NCBI GenBank assembly: GCA_028826165.1
Contig: JAPDFW010000055.1
Span: 1 to 64,000 of the forward strand
Source: Anaeramoeba ignava BMAN
Lineage: Eukaryota; Protista; Anaeramoebae
Direction: 5' to 3'
Length of the DNA: 64,000 nucleotides
Shown here one piece after another: positions 41,322-54,548 of this stretch. Numbering within the stretch: the stretch's first letter is position 1; each line of letters begins with the position of its first letter. Both the position numbers and the translations under genes were made by a program. A model generated the notes under the pieces. That model saw only the letters and a list, made by a program, of their open reading frames with translations. It did no database searches and was not told the DNA's origin.

Positions 41322-42573
41322 ATGACAACAAAATTAAATTTAGATTTTATATCTTCTTTAATTGAAAAAACGAAAACTTTTCTTTTTGATTGTGATGGAG
41401 TTCTTTGGCTTGGAAAACATCAAATTGATGGTAAAAAAAATAATCAAATAATCAAAAATAATTAAAAATAATTAAAAATAATCAAATAATTAATAATAAT
41501 TAAATTTTCATAAATCAGGAGCATTAGAAACTATTGCTATGCTTCAAAAAATGGAGAAGAGATTATTTTTTATATCAAACAATGCTCTTTCTCGTCGAAT
41601 GTATTGTGAAAAAATGAGAGAACGTGGATTTGATGTTTCAGTAGAACAAATGATTTCTTCAGGATTTACAGCTTCTCAATATTTTAAACAAAATAAAATT
41701 GACAATATTCTTTGTCTATCAGGACCGGGTGTTCCTGAAGAATTGAAGAATCAAGGTATTTCTTTTCGTAGAGCAGAAGAATTTGTGAATCAACCTTTTG
41801 ATATAAATAAAATTGAAATTGATCCAAAAATTCAAGCTGTTTTACTTGCAAAAGCAGATTATTATACTTATTATGATATTGCTGTTATTTCTCTTTATTT
41901 GAGTAATCCAAAAGTTCTTTTTTTTGCTACAAATAATGATCCAACTTTTCCAATTGGTTCTCGTTTTATTCCCGGTTTGAAATCTAATTAAAATTCATTT
42001 ATAAAATTCATTTATAAAATTCATTTATAAAATTAAAATTAAAATTAAAATAAAAATTAAAATTAAAAATTAAAAATTTTATAAAATTAAAATTAAAATA
42101 TAAAATTAAAATTAAAATTCATTTATAAAATTAAAATTAAAATAAAAATTAAAATCAAAATTAAAATCAAAATTAAAATCAAAATTCATTTATAAAATTA
42201 AAATTAAAATGAAAATTCAAAATCGGAAAAAAATTTAAATTCAAATTTTTTAAAAAAAAAAAAAGGTTGTGGTTCAATGGTTTCTGCAGTTGAATTTGCA
42301 ACTCAAAGAAAAGCTACAATTCTTGGAAAACCTCAAATACACGGATTCACACAACTCAAACAAAGACACCCAGAAATACAAAAAGAAGAAACATTAATGA
42401 TTGGAGACCGACTTGATACAGATATACAATTTGGAAATTCATGTGGAATCCAAACAATTTGTTTATTATCAGGAGTTACAAGTGAAGAAGAAATAATTCA
42501 ATGCAAAAATCCTGAATTAATTCCAACTTATTATACAGAAACAATAAAAGATTTTTTAGATGAAAAGAATTAA
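41322..42573 (+). CDS. HAD-IIA phosphatase (phosphoglycolate/4-nitrophenyl/pyridoxal phosphatase family); introns 41431-41518 and 41975-42265
   Basis: FLFDCDGVLW, FFISNN, ATNND, PG|CGSMV, LGKP, MIGDRLDTDIQFG, LSGVT. Confidence 0.93.
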
Positions 42574-42659
42574 AAATAGAAGAAAAAAAATAATTTAATT
42601 TTCCAATTTTTTTTTCATTTTTCTTTTTTCTTTTAATTTCAGTTTCATTTTAATTAATA

Positions 42660-45515
42660 ATGAAAACAACCCAAAAAATATTTTCTATTTTTTGCTTTTT
42701 TTCATTTCTTTTCTTTTTAACTTCCAATTCGATACTTCAATTTGAATTAACTTCTATTGATGGACAAGAAGGAGATAATTTTGGTTTCAGTAATGCGATA
42801 GAAGGAAATTATGCCTTCATTGCATCACCAAAAGCAACTGTTGGCAACAATAGCGAACAAGGAAAGGTATATATTTTCCAAAATAACGGAACAAATTGGA
42901 ATCAATTGTCAATTTTGACAGCTAGTGATGGACAAAGTGGAGATGAATTTGGTTGCTCACTTGCAGTTTCTCAAAACACTCTTATTGTTGGTGCATTTTC
43001 TGCTGGGTTGTGGAATAGTACAAACCAAGGCAAAGCATATATTTTCCAAAATAACGGAACAAATTGGAATCAGCTGTCAATTTTGATAGCTAGTGATGGA
43101 CAACCTTATGATAACTTTGGATATTCAGTTGGAATTTCAGGATCAAATGCTATAATTGGCGCCTTTTTCGCTTCCGTTAATAACCAGTCGCAACAAGGAA
43201 AGGCATATATTTTTGGAAACAACGGAAGTTCTTGGAATCAACTGTCAATTTTGACAGCTAACGATGGACAAAGTGGAGATCAATTTGGATGGTCTGTTTC
43301 AATTTCTGGTAATTATTCAATTATTGGCGCACCTTATGCATCAGTTGGTAATAATAGTGCACAAGGAAAGGCATATATTTTTGGAAATAACGGAAGTTCT
43401 TGGAATCAAGCGTCAATTTTGACAGCTAGCGATGGTGCTTATAGTGACAACTTTGGATATTCAGTTGGAATTTCGAATTCTTTTGGAATAGTCGGTTCAC
43501 CAAAAGTTGTTTATCCGAACACCACCAACCATGGAAAGGGATATATTTTTAACAATAACGGAACAACTTGGAATCAACAGCAAATATTGGTTCCCACTGG
43601 AGTTGACAATTTTTCGTCTTTTGGTGTCAGTTGTGCAATATCGGGAAATTGGATCATTTATGGATCTTATGGTTCAAGCGAAGTCACCAACAATTCCAAC
43701 GGAAATGCCTTTGTTTTTTTCAATAACAACTCAACTTGGAATCAATCATGCACACTTAGTCCAAGTGATGGGAAAAATGGAGACCACTTCGCAACCAATG
43801 TTGCTCTTGATAGTTCAAGCTTTCTTGTTGGCGCGCCGCATGCCTCTGTTGGAAACAATTTACTTCAAGGAAAATCATATATTTTTCTGCCTGAAATTTT
43901 GCCTCCTCAAGTTAATATTGAAAATTGCACTTCTTTATTTTCCAAATTCAGTTGCACTTGGGATGCTATTGATATTTCTGGAATTCAATACCAAATTTTG
44001 TATGACCAGTTCTGGATCAATGTTGTGAATCCTGTGCAAAATGGGTCTTTTTTCTCTGAAATTTTCAGTCCGCCTCAATATCCAAATATCACTGGAAATT
44101 TATTCTATTCGATCCAAATGCGTGCTTGCAATCCAATTTTGAATATTTGCGGCAATTCTTCTTCTTCTTGGAATCTCACCACACGAATTGACTCTGTGCA
44201 AAATCTCAGTCTTGTTTCTCTTCCCAATATTTCCATTTCAGTCTCCTGGAAATCACCGCATGTCCCACTTGTCAATTCAACACCTAAATTGGATCACTAT
44301 TTGATTTCATATCAATCTTCTTCTTCGCCAAATGCGACTCAAATGTCCCTCACAAACACAACAACTTCCGTTCTCTTGCAGAGCAATCTGACACCAAGCA
44401 CAAACTATTCCGTGTCTATTTGGCCGTGCCAGGATCAACAGTGCTCAGGACAGAGCCAAGGTGAAATTGCGACAAGTTTCATTTGCACATTTTTTGGACC
44501 AGTTTTAAATTTAACTTGTTCTCTTTCGAATGGAGAGAATATTTCATGTACATGGAATCCGCCTACAGGATCAGCCACACCTTATGATTACCAGTTTGTT
44601 TATTCAGCTAATTCTGCCAATGATTCTGGTAGTTTTTCCCCTAATATAACGAACCAAACTTTCACTGCGAAATTTTACACTGAAGAATACACAATCAACG
44701 TATCAGCTTGTGATCAAAATGGCAATTGCGGTCCTGTATCCATGTTCTCAATCAACACAAGTTTGCCCGCGCCGAATATGATTTCTTGGACTTATGGAAT
44801 CGAGGAAGTTGAGCTCAACTTCACAAAAATCAACGGAAGTCAAGGCTATTTGATCTCACTAGATAACAAACAGACATGGGAGAATTTTGACTATATTAAT
44901 TCAAACGAATCATATGTTTATGGTGTCAAGAAAAACGTACCCGGAAATGTCCCTTTTGTATCGTCGATTCGAGCTTGTTCTGAGTCGACTTGCAATCTCT
45001 CATTGGCAGGATCACCTTCGTCTGTTTTTGTTTTAATTGCACAATTAGGTAACATCACTTCCTTCGATTGCGATGGAGAGGATGATGAGATTGAATGCAA
45101 ATGGCATGGGTTGAACTTGGCTTCTGGTCTTGGTGGTTATTGTTTCACTTTGAATTCTTCAACTGTATATTTGAATCCAAATCAACATAAATTTGAACAA
45201 GAAAATCTTCAAGTTTATCAAACTTATTTTGTTTCTGTTTATGCCTCTGCTTTTCAAAATTGCTCTGCTAGTAATTATTCAGGTATTCCCAATTCTAAGT
45301 ATGTTACTCTTTATCCAGAATCAGAAAGTAGTTCTAGTGGAACTAAAGCTGGTGTTATTGCAACTGCTGTTGTTGTTCCTGTTGTTGGTGTTGCTTTGAT
45401 TGTTGGTGTTGTTCTTATTTTGAGAAAGAAGAGAAACCGATATAAGAAATTTGATGATCAATCTAATCAAGAATTAATGATTAGTGATAATGAAGATTAT
45501 CAACGAGAAATCTAA
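42660..45515 (+). CDS. Type I membrane protein: signal peptide, 7 FG-GAP repeats, ~5 FN3-like domains, TM helix, short tail
   Basis: Repeats ASDG..GD.FG.SV.ISG...IIGAP...QGKAYIF; hydrophobic VIATAVVVPVVGVALIVGVVLIL followed by RKKRNRYKKF; many N-x-S/T sequons; intronless. Confidence 0.88.
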   Translation: MKTTQKIFSIFCFFSFLFFLTSNSILQFELTSIDGQEGDNFGFSNAIEGNYAFIASPKATVGNNSEQGKVYIFQNNGTNWNQLSILTASDGQSGDEFGCSLAVSQNTLIVGAFSAGLWNSTNQGKAYIFQNNGTNWNQLSILIASDGQPYDNFGYSVGISGSNAIIGAFFASVNNQSQQGKAYIFGNNGSSWNQLSILTANDGQSGDQFGWSVSISGNYSIIGAPYASVGNNSAQGKAYIFGNNGSSWNQASILTASDGAYSDNFGYSVGISNSFGIVGSPKVVYPNTTNHGKGYIFNNNGTTWNQQQILVPTGVDNFSSFGVSCAISGNWIIYGSYGSSEVTNNSNGNAFVFFNNNSTWNQSCTLSPSDGKNGDHFATNVALDSSSFLVGAPHASVGNNLLQGKSYIFLPEILPPQVNIENCTSLFSKFSCTWDAIDISGIQYQILYDQFWINVVNPVQNGSFFSEIFSPPQYPNITGNLFYSIQMRACNPILNICGNSSSSWNLTTRIDSVQNLSLVSLPNISISVSWKSPHVPLVNSTPKLDHYLISYQSSSSPNATQMSLTNTTTSVLLQSNLTPSTNYSVSIWPCQDQQCSGQSQGEIATSFICTFFGPVLNLTCSLSNGENISCTWNPPTGSATPYDYQFVYSANSANDSGSFSPNITNQTFTAKFYTEEYTINVSACDQNGNCGPVSMFSINTSLPAPNMISWTYGIEEVELNFTKINGSQGYLISLDNKQTWENFDYINSNESYVYGVKKNVPGNVPFVSSIRACSESTCNLSLAGSPSSVFVLIAQLGNITSFDCDGEDDEIECKWHGLNLASGLGGYCFTLNSSTVYLNPNQHKFEQENLQVYQTYFVSVYASAFQNCSASNYSGIPNSKYVTLYPESESSSSGTKAGVIATAVVVPVVGVALIVGVVLILRKKRNRYKKFDDQSNQELMISDNEDYQREI

Positions 45516-45901
45516 ATTTAAAATCTAAAATCAAAATCAAAAATCAAAATTAAAATAAAATTAAAATTAAAATCAAAATCAAAATTAAAATTAAATTAAA
45601 ATCAAAATCAAAATCAAATTAAAATCAAAATTAAAATTAAAATTAAAATCAAATCAAAATTAAAATTAAAATTTAAATCAAAATTAAAATTAAAATTAAA
45701 ATTCAAAATCAAAATCAAATTAAATTAAAATCAAATTTAATCAAAATCAAAATCAAAATTGAAATCAAAATCAAAATTTAAAATTAAAATCAAATCAAAT
45801 TTAATCAAAATCTTTTTATTTTTTTTTTTCTTTTTTTTATTTAAAAAAAAAATTTTCTTTCTTTTTTTTTTTTCATTTTTTTTTTCTTTCATTTTCCGTT
45901 A

Positions 45902-48900
45902 ATGAGTTTAAATTTATTAAAATCACAATTTTTTATTTCCGTTACAGGAACAAAAACAATAGATAAAACAGACCAAAAATTCTGGAACAATTTTATGCAA
46001 GAATTCAATATTCCACTTCCAAAAGTGAATATTGAAGAATTTTTCACAACAATTAATGAAACTTTTCCAGATTTTCCATCTAATAATTTAATATCACATA
46101 ATTTAATTGAGTTATTTTTAAAATCAATTGAATTTTTAAAAGAAGCTTCAGGAGATAATTTTAAGAAAAAAATCGATAGTAAAAATGCTTTAGTTGTTGT
46201 TAATATTTTTTTTGTTACTCGTGTTTTATTGCAAGTTATTATTCAAGACTCTTTTCCTTCAGCAAAACTTTCAATTCTTAAAGATGACAAAACAGAAAAG
46301 AAAAAGAAAAAAAAATTATCTAAAAAAGAACAACTTAAATTGGAAAAAGAAGCTCAGAAAAAATCACGAAATCCTAAAAAAAAGGATGTCAGAATTAAAA
46401 TTGATGATCATATTGTAAAACTTGACAGATCAACACATACTGTTCATTCAATTTCTCATTTTATTTCTAAAATTCAAAATCATTTTCAATGTTCTTCTAA
46501 ACAAAAAGGTTTGTTTTTTAAAAATATTTAAATTGAAAAATAAATATTTAAATTTGGAAATATTTAAATTGATAAATAAATATTTAAATTGATAAATAAA
46601 TATTTAAATTTAATAAGTATTTAAATTGATAAATAAATATTTAAATTTAATAAGTATTTAAATTGATAATAAATATTTAAATTAATAAATAAATATTTAA
46701 ATTGATAAATAAATATTTAAATTGATTAATAAATATTTAAATTGATAAATAAATATTTAAATTGATTAATATTTAAATTGAAAAATAAATATTTAAATTG
46801 ATAAATAAATATTTAAATTGATAAATATTTAAATTAATAAATAAATATTTAAATAAATAAATATTTAAATTGATAAATAAATGTTTAAATTAATAAATAT
46901 TTAAATTGATAAATAAATATTTAAATTGATAAATAAATATTTAAATTGATAAATAAATATTTAAATTTGATAAATATTTAAATTGATAAATAAATATTTA
47001 AATAAATAAATATTTAAATAAATAAATATTTAAATAAATAAATATTTAAATTTGATAAATAAATATTTAAATTGATAAATAAATATTTAAATTAATAAAC
47101 AAATATTTAAATTTGATAAATAAATATTTAAATTGATAAATATTTAAATTAATAAATAAATATTTAAATTAATAAATAAATATTTAAATTAATAAATAAA
47201 TATTTAAATTGATAAATAAATATTTAAATTGATAAATACTTAAATAAATATTTAAATTTGGAAATATTTAAATTTAATAAATATTCAAATTGATAAATGT
47301 TTAAATTAATAAATATTTAAATTAATAAATATTTAAATTAATAAATATTTAAATAAATAAATAAATATTTAAATTTGATAAATAAATATTTAAATTGATA
47401 AATAAATATTTAAATTGATAAAAAATATTTAAATTGATAAATAAATATTTAAATTTGATAAATATTTAAATTGATAAATATTTAAATTGATAAATATTTA
47501 AATTGATAAATAAATATTTAAATTGATAAATAAATATTTAAATTTGATAAGTATTTAAATTAATAAATATTTAAATTAATAAATATTTAAATTTAGATCC
47601 TCTTCAAAGTTGCGTGAATTCTATGATAGATTTCATTATAGTTAATGATCAAACAACAGACTATTCAATTTATGCAATTCTTCTTGAAATAATTACTTTA
47701 TTACTCACTTTATTATCAATATATTTCTTTGAAGAAAATGATTCTTTATCTAAAAATAATCCCAACAAAGAATCTTTAGAAGAAAGTGACACATTTCCAG
47801 ATGATTGGGTTGAAGATACAGGAAATGATTTTAAACCTCTTGATTCAAAAAACCTTTTATCACATATTCCAGAAGAAAAAGCTCAAAAACTTATGCAAAA
47901 TTTATTGAATTACTTCCTATCACAATCTCCAACACCAAAAGCATTTGATTCTACTTGGAATTTAAATCCAAAAAAAAGTATATTTAAATTTTAATTTTAA
48001 TTTTAATTTTAATTTTAATTTTAATTTTAATTTTAATTTTAATTTTAATTTTAATTTTAATTTTAATTTTAATTTGAATTTTAATTTTAATTTGAATTTA
48101 GGTTCTTTTTTTTCAAGATCACATTCAAGAAGAAATACACAAAAATTTATTGTTGAAATTGGTTCATTACCAACATATTCTCTTTTATTATTAACTTCTT
48201 TATTTCAAATAGATAAAGTTGCACCAGAAATTACTAGTGATTTATCTGAACCTGAACATAAAGATTTAACACAACTTGAAATTCAAGTCAAATCACAATT
48301 AACATTTCAAAAGCAGATTCAATATGAATTTGAAGATGATAGTGAAAAAGAAAAAACCGTAAATGAACAAGAATCAGAAAATGAATTTATAGCAAGAAAT
48401 AGTCATTTACCATCAAATATCTATCTTCGAAAGATATCTCAAATGATTTCAAAGAATTCAGAACCAAATAAAGAAGAAATGAGTAGAATTGAAGTTGATT
48501 TTCAAAATTTATTTCATTGCCTCACTTCGTCCGTTATTTTAATTTCTAAATTAATTTCTAATTTAATTTCAATTTTAATTTTAATTTCAATTTTAATTTT
48601 AATTTCTAAATTAATTTTAATTTAATTTCAATTTTAATTTTAATTTCAATTTTAATTTTAATTTCAATTTTAATTTCAATTTTAATTTCTAAATTAATTT
48701 CATTTTTAATTTCAATTTTAATTTCAATTTTAATTTCTAAATTAATTTTAATTTAAATTTTAATTTTAATTTCAATTTTAATTTCAATTTCAATTTCAAT
48801 TTCAATTTCAATTTTAATTTTAATTTTAATTTCAATTTTAATTTTAATTTTAATTTCAATTTTAATTTCTAAATTAATTTTAATTTTAATTTCTAAATTA

Positions 48901-50514
48901 ATTTTAATTTTAATTTTAATTTCAATTTTAATTTCAATTTTAATTTTAATTTTAATTTCTAAATTAATTTCTAAATTAATTTCAATTTTAATTTCAATTT
49001 TAATTTCAATTTTAATTTTAATTTCAATTTCAATTTTAATTTCTAAATTAATTTCTAAATTAATTTCAATTTTAATTTTAATTTCAATTTCAATTTTAAT
49101 TTTAATTTCAATTTTAATTTCTAAATTAATTTCAATTTTAATTTCAATTTTAATTTCTAAATTAATTTCTAAATTAATTTTAATCTTTTTAGAAACGAAA
49201 AAGTTCAAGAGCATGCCATTTTGTTTCTTTATTATTTAACTTATAATAATTGGGACTTTCTTTTATTCTCAGCAAAGAATAAGAATTTAACTTCTTTCTT
49301 AATGATACTTCTTGAAGAGTTGTATCAATATAAAATAAGTGAAGATCCAATCCAAAAAGAAAAGGCTCCATTTACCTATTTAATACTTGTTTTTCTATTA
49401 ATTTTATCTGAAAGATATCGATTTAAAGAATTAATATTTTCCACTGTAAAATTGGATTTGATTTTGATTTAAATTTTAAATTTTAAATTTTAAATTTTGA
49501 ATTTCCTTAAAATAGAATTTGCAAACAGTTTCTTGGTTTAAAGAACGACAATTAACTAATATTTCGCTTGGACAACTTACAATAATAATCCTTTTACAAA
49601 TCACACACTTTCATCTTCTTAAATTTTTTAAGGATGAAATATTCTCAATTGGATTAGCCATCTTGAATAATTTAGCACCATTTTTTGCAAACATCTCATC
49701 TCAAGAAACAAATCAACTTCTTGAAATTATTGACTTTGTTTCACAGAAAGTAAAAGATTACTCCAATTTCAAAGATACAGAAAACGAAGAACCAGTTCGA
49801 CAAATTGAAGAAAAAGCCGGAAATAAAAAAGATCCGAAAAAGAAAAAAACGGAAAAAAAATCAAAAAAACAAAAATCAAAATCGAAAAAAAACGAATCAA
49901 TAAACGAGGAAGAAATCAAACAATTTGAACAAATGCTTGGCCAACTTGACATTCAATATCCTTATCAAAATGACTTTGTTAACATTGAATCGGTAAATCC
50001 ACCACCAACTTTAACGGAAAGACCCAAAAGATTAGTTCGCAAAGATAACCGAAATATGTTTATAAAATATCAACATGAAAAAACGGCAGATTTTCTTTTA
50101 TATTCAGATTACTTATTGAAATTATTCTCTTTAATTAATACTGCGTTAACAAATCAATTTGCTAGCAATTCACAATTAATTTATACTTTATTAAAAAATC
50201 GAAGAATTTTTTCCGTTTTTACTACTCATCCAGTTCTATGGAAATATGTCTCCAATTTCCATAAATTAGACAAATTTTTTGATATTGATTCTTTGGAGAA
50301 AAAATTTTCCCAAATTGATGACGTTTTTGATTATATGCAAAGTTTAATTCCAAAATTCCTTTTCCAAGAAAAAGGCTTTTTTTTTATTGAAAACAAAATT
50401 TTCCGATTTAAGCAAACTAACTCAAAAAATAACATCATTTCTTTACTTTCTTGGTTTTTTATCTCAAAGAATTCTTCTTTACATTGGGATTTTGATTCCT
50501 TTCATTTAATTTGA
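45902..50514 (+). CDS. DYM: Dymeclin-like protein; introns ~46509-47596, 47978-48101, ~48529-49192 and 49446-49516
   Basis: WFKERQLTNISLGQLTIIILL, LAILNNLAP and NSQLIYTLL resemble dymeclin conserved blocks; the exons join in frame. Confidence 0.7.
46520..47592. repeat. Intronic ~16-20-bp minisatellite (TAAATATTTAAATTGATAAA)
   Basis: Fills the ~1.09 kb first intron of the dymeclin-like gene. Confidence 0.92.
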
Positions 50515-50767
50515 TTTTTCACTTTTTTTTTTCACTTTTTTTACTTTTTCAGAAAATTAATAATGAAATTTTTAATAAATAAAATTTCAATCAAAATTTA
50601 AAATTTAATAAGAATTTTTAATAAATAAAATTTAAATCAAAAAAAGTGGAATAAAATCAATGTCAATTTTCTTATTTTCTTGTTAAAGTCATTTTTTAAT
50701 TTTTTTAAAATATTTTTTTCATTTTTTTCATTTTTTCATTTTTTTCTTTCTTCTTTTTTTTTTGAAA

Positions 50768-53700
50768 ATGAAAACAAAAATTAAAAAACTTGGTAAACAA
50801 AAACCAACAACACAAGATTTACAAGCAACAAAATATTTTGAAGAATATTTAAAAAGAATAGGACTTGATGAATCACAAGAAGAAAGAGAACAAAGAGAAA
50901 TTGTATTAGCTCAACTTAGTGAAATCTTTTCTCAATTTGTAAAAGAAGTTGCTTCAAAAAAAGTAAAATTAAAATTAAAATTCATTTATAAAATTAAAAT
51001 TAAAATTCATTTATAAAATTAAAATTAAAATTAAAATTAAAATTAAAATTAAAATTATAATTAAAATTAAAATTAAAATTAAAATTATAAATAAAATTAT
51101 TATTAAAAAAGAATCTCAGTTCTCAATTTGATGGACAAGGAAGTTCTTATATTTTTACTTATGGAAGTTATCGATTAGGTGTACATGATGCTGGTGCAGA
51201 TATAGATACTTTATGTGTTGCTCCTCATCATGTAACAAAAGAAGACTTCTTTAAAGTTCTTCCCAGAATTCTTTCAGAACGTTCCGAAGTTACTGAAATG
51301 ACTGTATTTCAAAAAAATTTCACAAAAAAACAAAAAAACAATTTATTTTTAAAATTCATTTTGTTGTTTTTGTTTTTGTTTTTGTTTTTTTAGCCTGTAG
51401 AAAATGCTTATGTGCCAATTATTAAATTAAAATTTTCAGGAATTTCTGTATCTTTTATTTTTTATTAAATTTCTATTTATAATTCATTTCTCAAAACAAA
51501 AACAAAAACAAAATGAATTTTTTTTTCCTTTTTTTAGATTGATTTAATTTTTGCTCAACTTTCATTAAGTGTAGTTCCGAGAAATCTTGATCTTTTAAAT
51601 GATTCCATTTTGCGGGGTGTTGATGAAAAAAGTGTTCGAGCTTTAAATGGTATTTATTCAAACTAAAAGAAAAGCTTTACATCTAATTTCCAATAAAAAA
51701 TTCAAATATTAAATATTTTAAAAAAGGATGTCGAGTTACAGATCAAATTCTAAAATTTGTCCCAAATAATGAAGCCTTTCGGACTACTTTACGTATTATT
51801 AAAAATTGGGCAAAACAAAGAGGAATTTATGGAAATGTTTATGGATTTCCCAGGTGGTGTTAGTTATGCAATATTAACAGCAAGAATTTGTCAACTTTAT
51901 CCTTATTCTTCAGCAAATTTTTTACTTCCAAGATTTTTTAAGTAATTTTTCAAAATTTCTCTTTTAAATTTCTTTTTTAAATTTCTTTTTTAGATTTTAT
52001 CAAAAATGGCAATGGCCAACTCCAATATCTCTTAATGAAATTAAAGAAAGTGTTCCTGGTCTTACTCATAGAGTTTGGAATCCAAAAGTAAATAATTCAA
52101 AATTCAAATTCAAAATTCAAATTAAAATCATAATATAAAATTAAAATCAAAAAAAACAAAAACTCAGAGAAATCAAATTGATCAAAAACATTTAATGCCT
52201 ATTATAACACCAGCTTATCCTGCAATAAATTCTACAGTCAATGTTTTTCGTTCATCTTTAACAGTAATTAAAAAAGAATTTCTTCGAGCATGCGATGTTT
52301 GTGAAAAATTTATTAATAATTGCTATGAAAAAGAACAAGTAAATCAGTTTTGTGATGAATTATTTGAAAAGTCTGATTTCTTTTTTCGATATAGAAATTA
52401 TTTGATGGTAACAGCATCAGGACCAGATCAAGAAACACATCGAAAATGGTAGATTAAAATTTAAAATAAAATTTAAAATTGAAATTAAAATTGTTTTTGA
52501 AATTCTTTTAGGAAAGGATTTATTGAAAGTAGATTGCGTACACTTGCAAGAAGTTTAGAATGTGAAGATATTTCATATATTCACTTATTCCCTAAAGAAT
52601 TTGATCCAAATATCGATACTAAACAACAAAATAACCAAAATGAAGAAAATAATTCAGCAAATAATTTAGAAAAAACAAAATCTTCTGAAAACAATTTATC
52701 AAATAATGATTTAAAAGAAGAAGAAAAAAAAGAAAATGAATCAAAAAATTTACAAGATTCAAATGATAATAAATCTAAAAAATCAGAAGAAGAAAAAGAA
52801 GAACCAAAAGTTACTTTTGAATGCTGTTGGTTTTTAGGATTAGAATTGAAAAAATCTCATATTGGAAATGCACTTCAACAAAGGAATATTAATCTATCTA
52901 AAAAAGTAACAATTTTTATCAATAAAACATTTTCAGAAGTTGAAGGAGAAATGAAAGGAATTGAACCTTTAGAAATTGTACATCTTAAAGCGTAAATTTT
53001 GAAATAATAATTTTAATTTAATTTTAATTTTAATTTTAATTTTAATTTTAATTTTAATTTTAATTTTAATTTTAATTTAAATTTTAATTTTAAATTTAAT
53101 TTTAATTTTAATTTTAATTTTAATTTTAATTTTAATTTTAATATTAATTTGAATTTTAATTTTAATTTTAATTTTAAATTTTAATTTAATTTTAATTTTA
53201 ATTTTAATTTTAAATTTTAATTTTAATAATAATTTTATAAATGAATTTAAATTTAAATTTTAAAATTTAAATTTTTATTTTAATTATAATTAGTTCTGAA
53301 CTTCCTCAATTCGTTTATGATGAAAAAGATTTAGAAAAATTAAAACAAATAAAAAGAGAAAAAATAAATAAAAGAGTTAAATCAAGACAGAAAAGTCATG
53401 AAAAAGAAACAAATGAAATCAAACCAGAAGAAATATCTTCTGAATTTTCAGATTTAAATAAAGAAAGTGAAAATGCAAATCAAGAAACTGAAAATATTAC
53501 ACAAAATATAAGTGATTTATCAAATAATTCAGACACTTCTCCACAAATGATTTTCATTGAAAATGATTCGAATAATGTAAATTTAAATAATTCTGATCAA
53601 GACAAAAACTTAGAAATGGATCAAAATCAAAATGGAAATCAAAATCAAAATTTAAATCAAAATGGAAATCAAAACCAAAACCAAAATCAAAATGGAAATC

Positions 53701-54217
53701 AAAATCAAAATCAAGATCAAAATGAAAATGAAAATGAAAATCTAAATCAAAACCAAAACCAAAATCAAAATGGAAATCAAAATCAAAATCAAAATCAAAA
53801 TTTAAATCAAAATCAAAATGAAAATCAAAATCAAAATGAAAATCAAAATTTAAATGGAAATCAAAATCAAAATCAAAATCAAAATCAAAATCAAAATGAA
53901 AATCAAAATCAAAATAAAAATCAAAATCAAAATCAAAATGAAAATCAAAATCAAAATCTAAATGAAAATGAAAATCAAAATGAAAATGAAAATCAAAATC
54001 AAAACCAAAATGAACAACAATCAATTCAAAATAATCACAAAATTGATAAAGTTCGCAAAGATTTACAAAATGATATTATTCATCTTCAAACTCCAAAAAT
54101 TCGTATTTAATTTTTTTATTATTTATTTTTTTGAAATTAAAATTTATTTTTTTAAATTTTTTAGCTAGAATTTCTCGAAGAAAAAGAAAAAAACAAAAAT
54201 TGAAAGTTAAGATTTGA
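50768..54217 (+). CDS. PAP1: Canonical poly(A) polymerase; 9 introns (50963-51111, 51304-51393, 51448-51537, 51650-51726, 51942-51993, 52088-52167, 52449-52511, 52992-53293, 54103-54164); one extra base near 51850
   Basis: [35 protein letters not shown]|[39 protein letters not shown]; NQ-rich tail and basic C-terminus. Confidence 0.95.
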
Positions 54218-54548
54218 AAAATTTACTTTTTTTTTTTAAAAAAAATCAAATGAAATTTGTTTTGATTTTGCTTTGTTTTTGATTTGTTTTGTTTTGTTTG
54301 AATAATTTAGTCTAGTTTAGAATTCGAAACAAAAGAAACAAAAGAAACAAAAGATAAAAAACAAAACAAAACAAAAAAACAAATTAGAAAGAAAAATAAA
54401 CTTGGAAATTTTTAGTTAACAATTAAATTAAAAAATTTTGGATTTTGGATTAAAAATAAAAATAAAAATAAAAAAATCTATTCCACTTTTTTTTTTTGTT
54501 CTTGTTTTTAATTTTGTTTAAGAAAAAAAAATTTATTTAAAATTTATT

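Noticed and set aside
3072-51537. GTATCTTT donors (3072, 51448) as U12-type introns
   Set aside because: They differ from the GTATCCTT consensus, no TCCTTAAC branch site is present, and GTAT-T-rich donors are common by composition.
2454-51860. Frequent frameshifts as programmed ribosomal frameshifting or RNA editing
   Set aside because: Breaks fall in homopolymer runs or microsatellites, go in both directions and share no motif. This is the typical long-read indel signature, including in essential poly(A) polymerase. Needs short-read confirmation.
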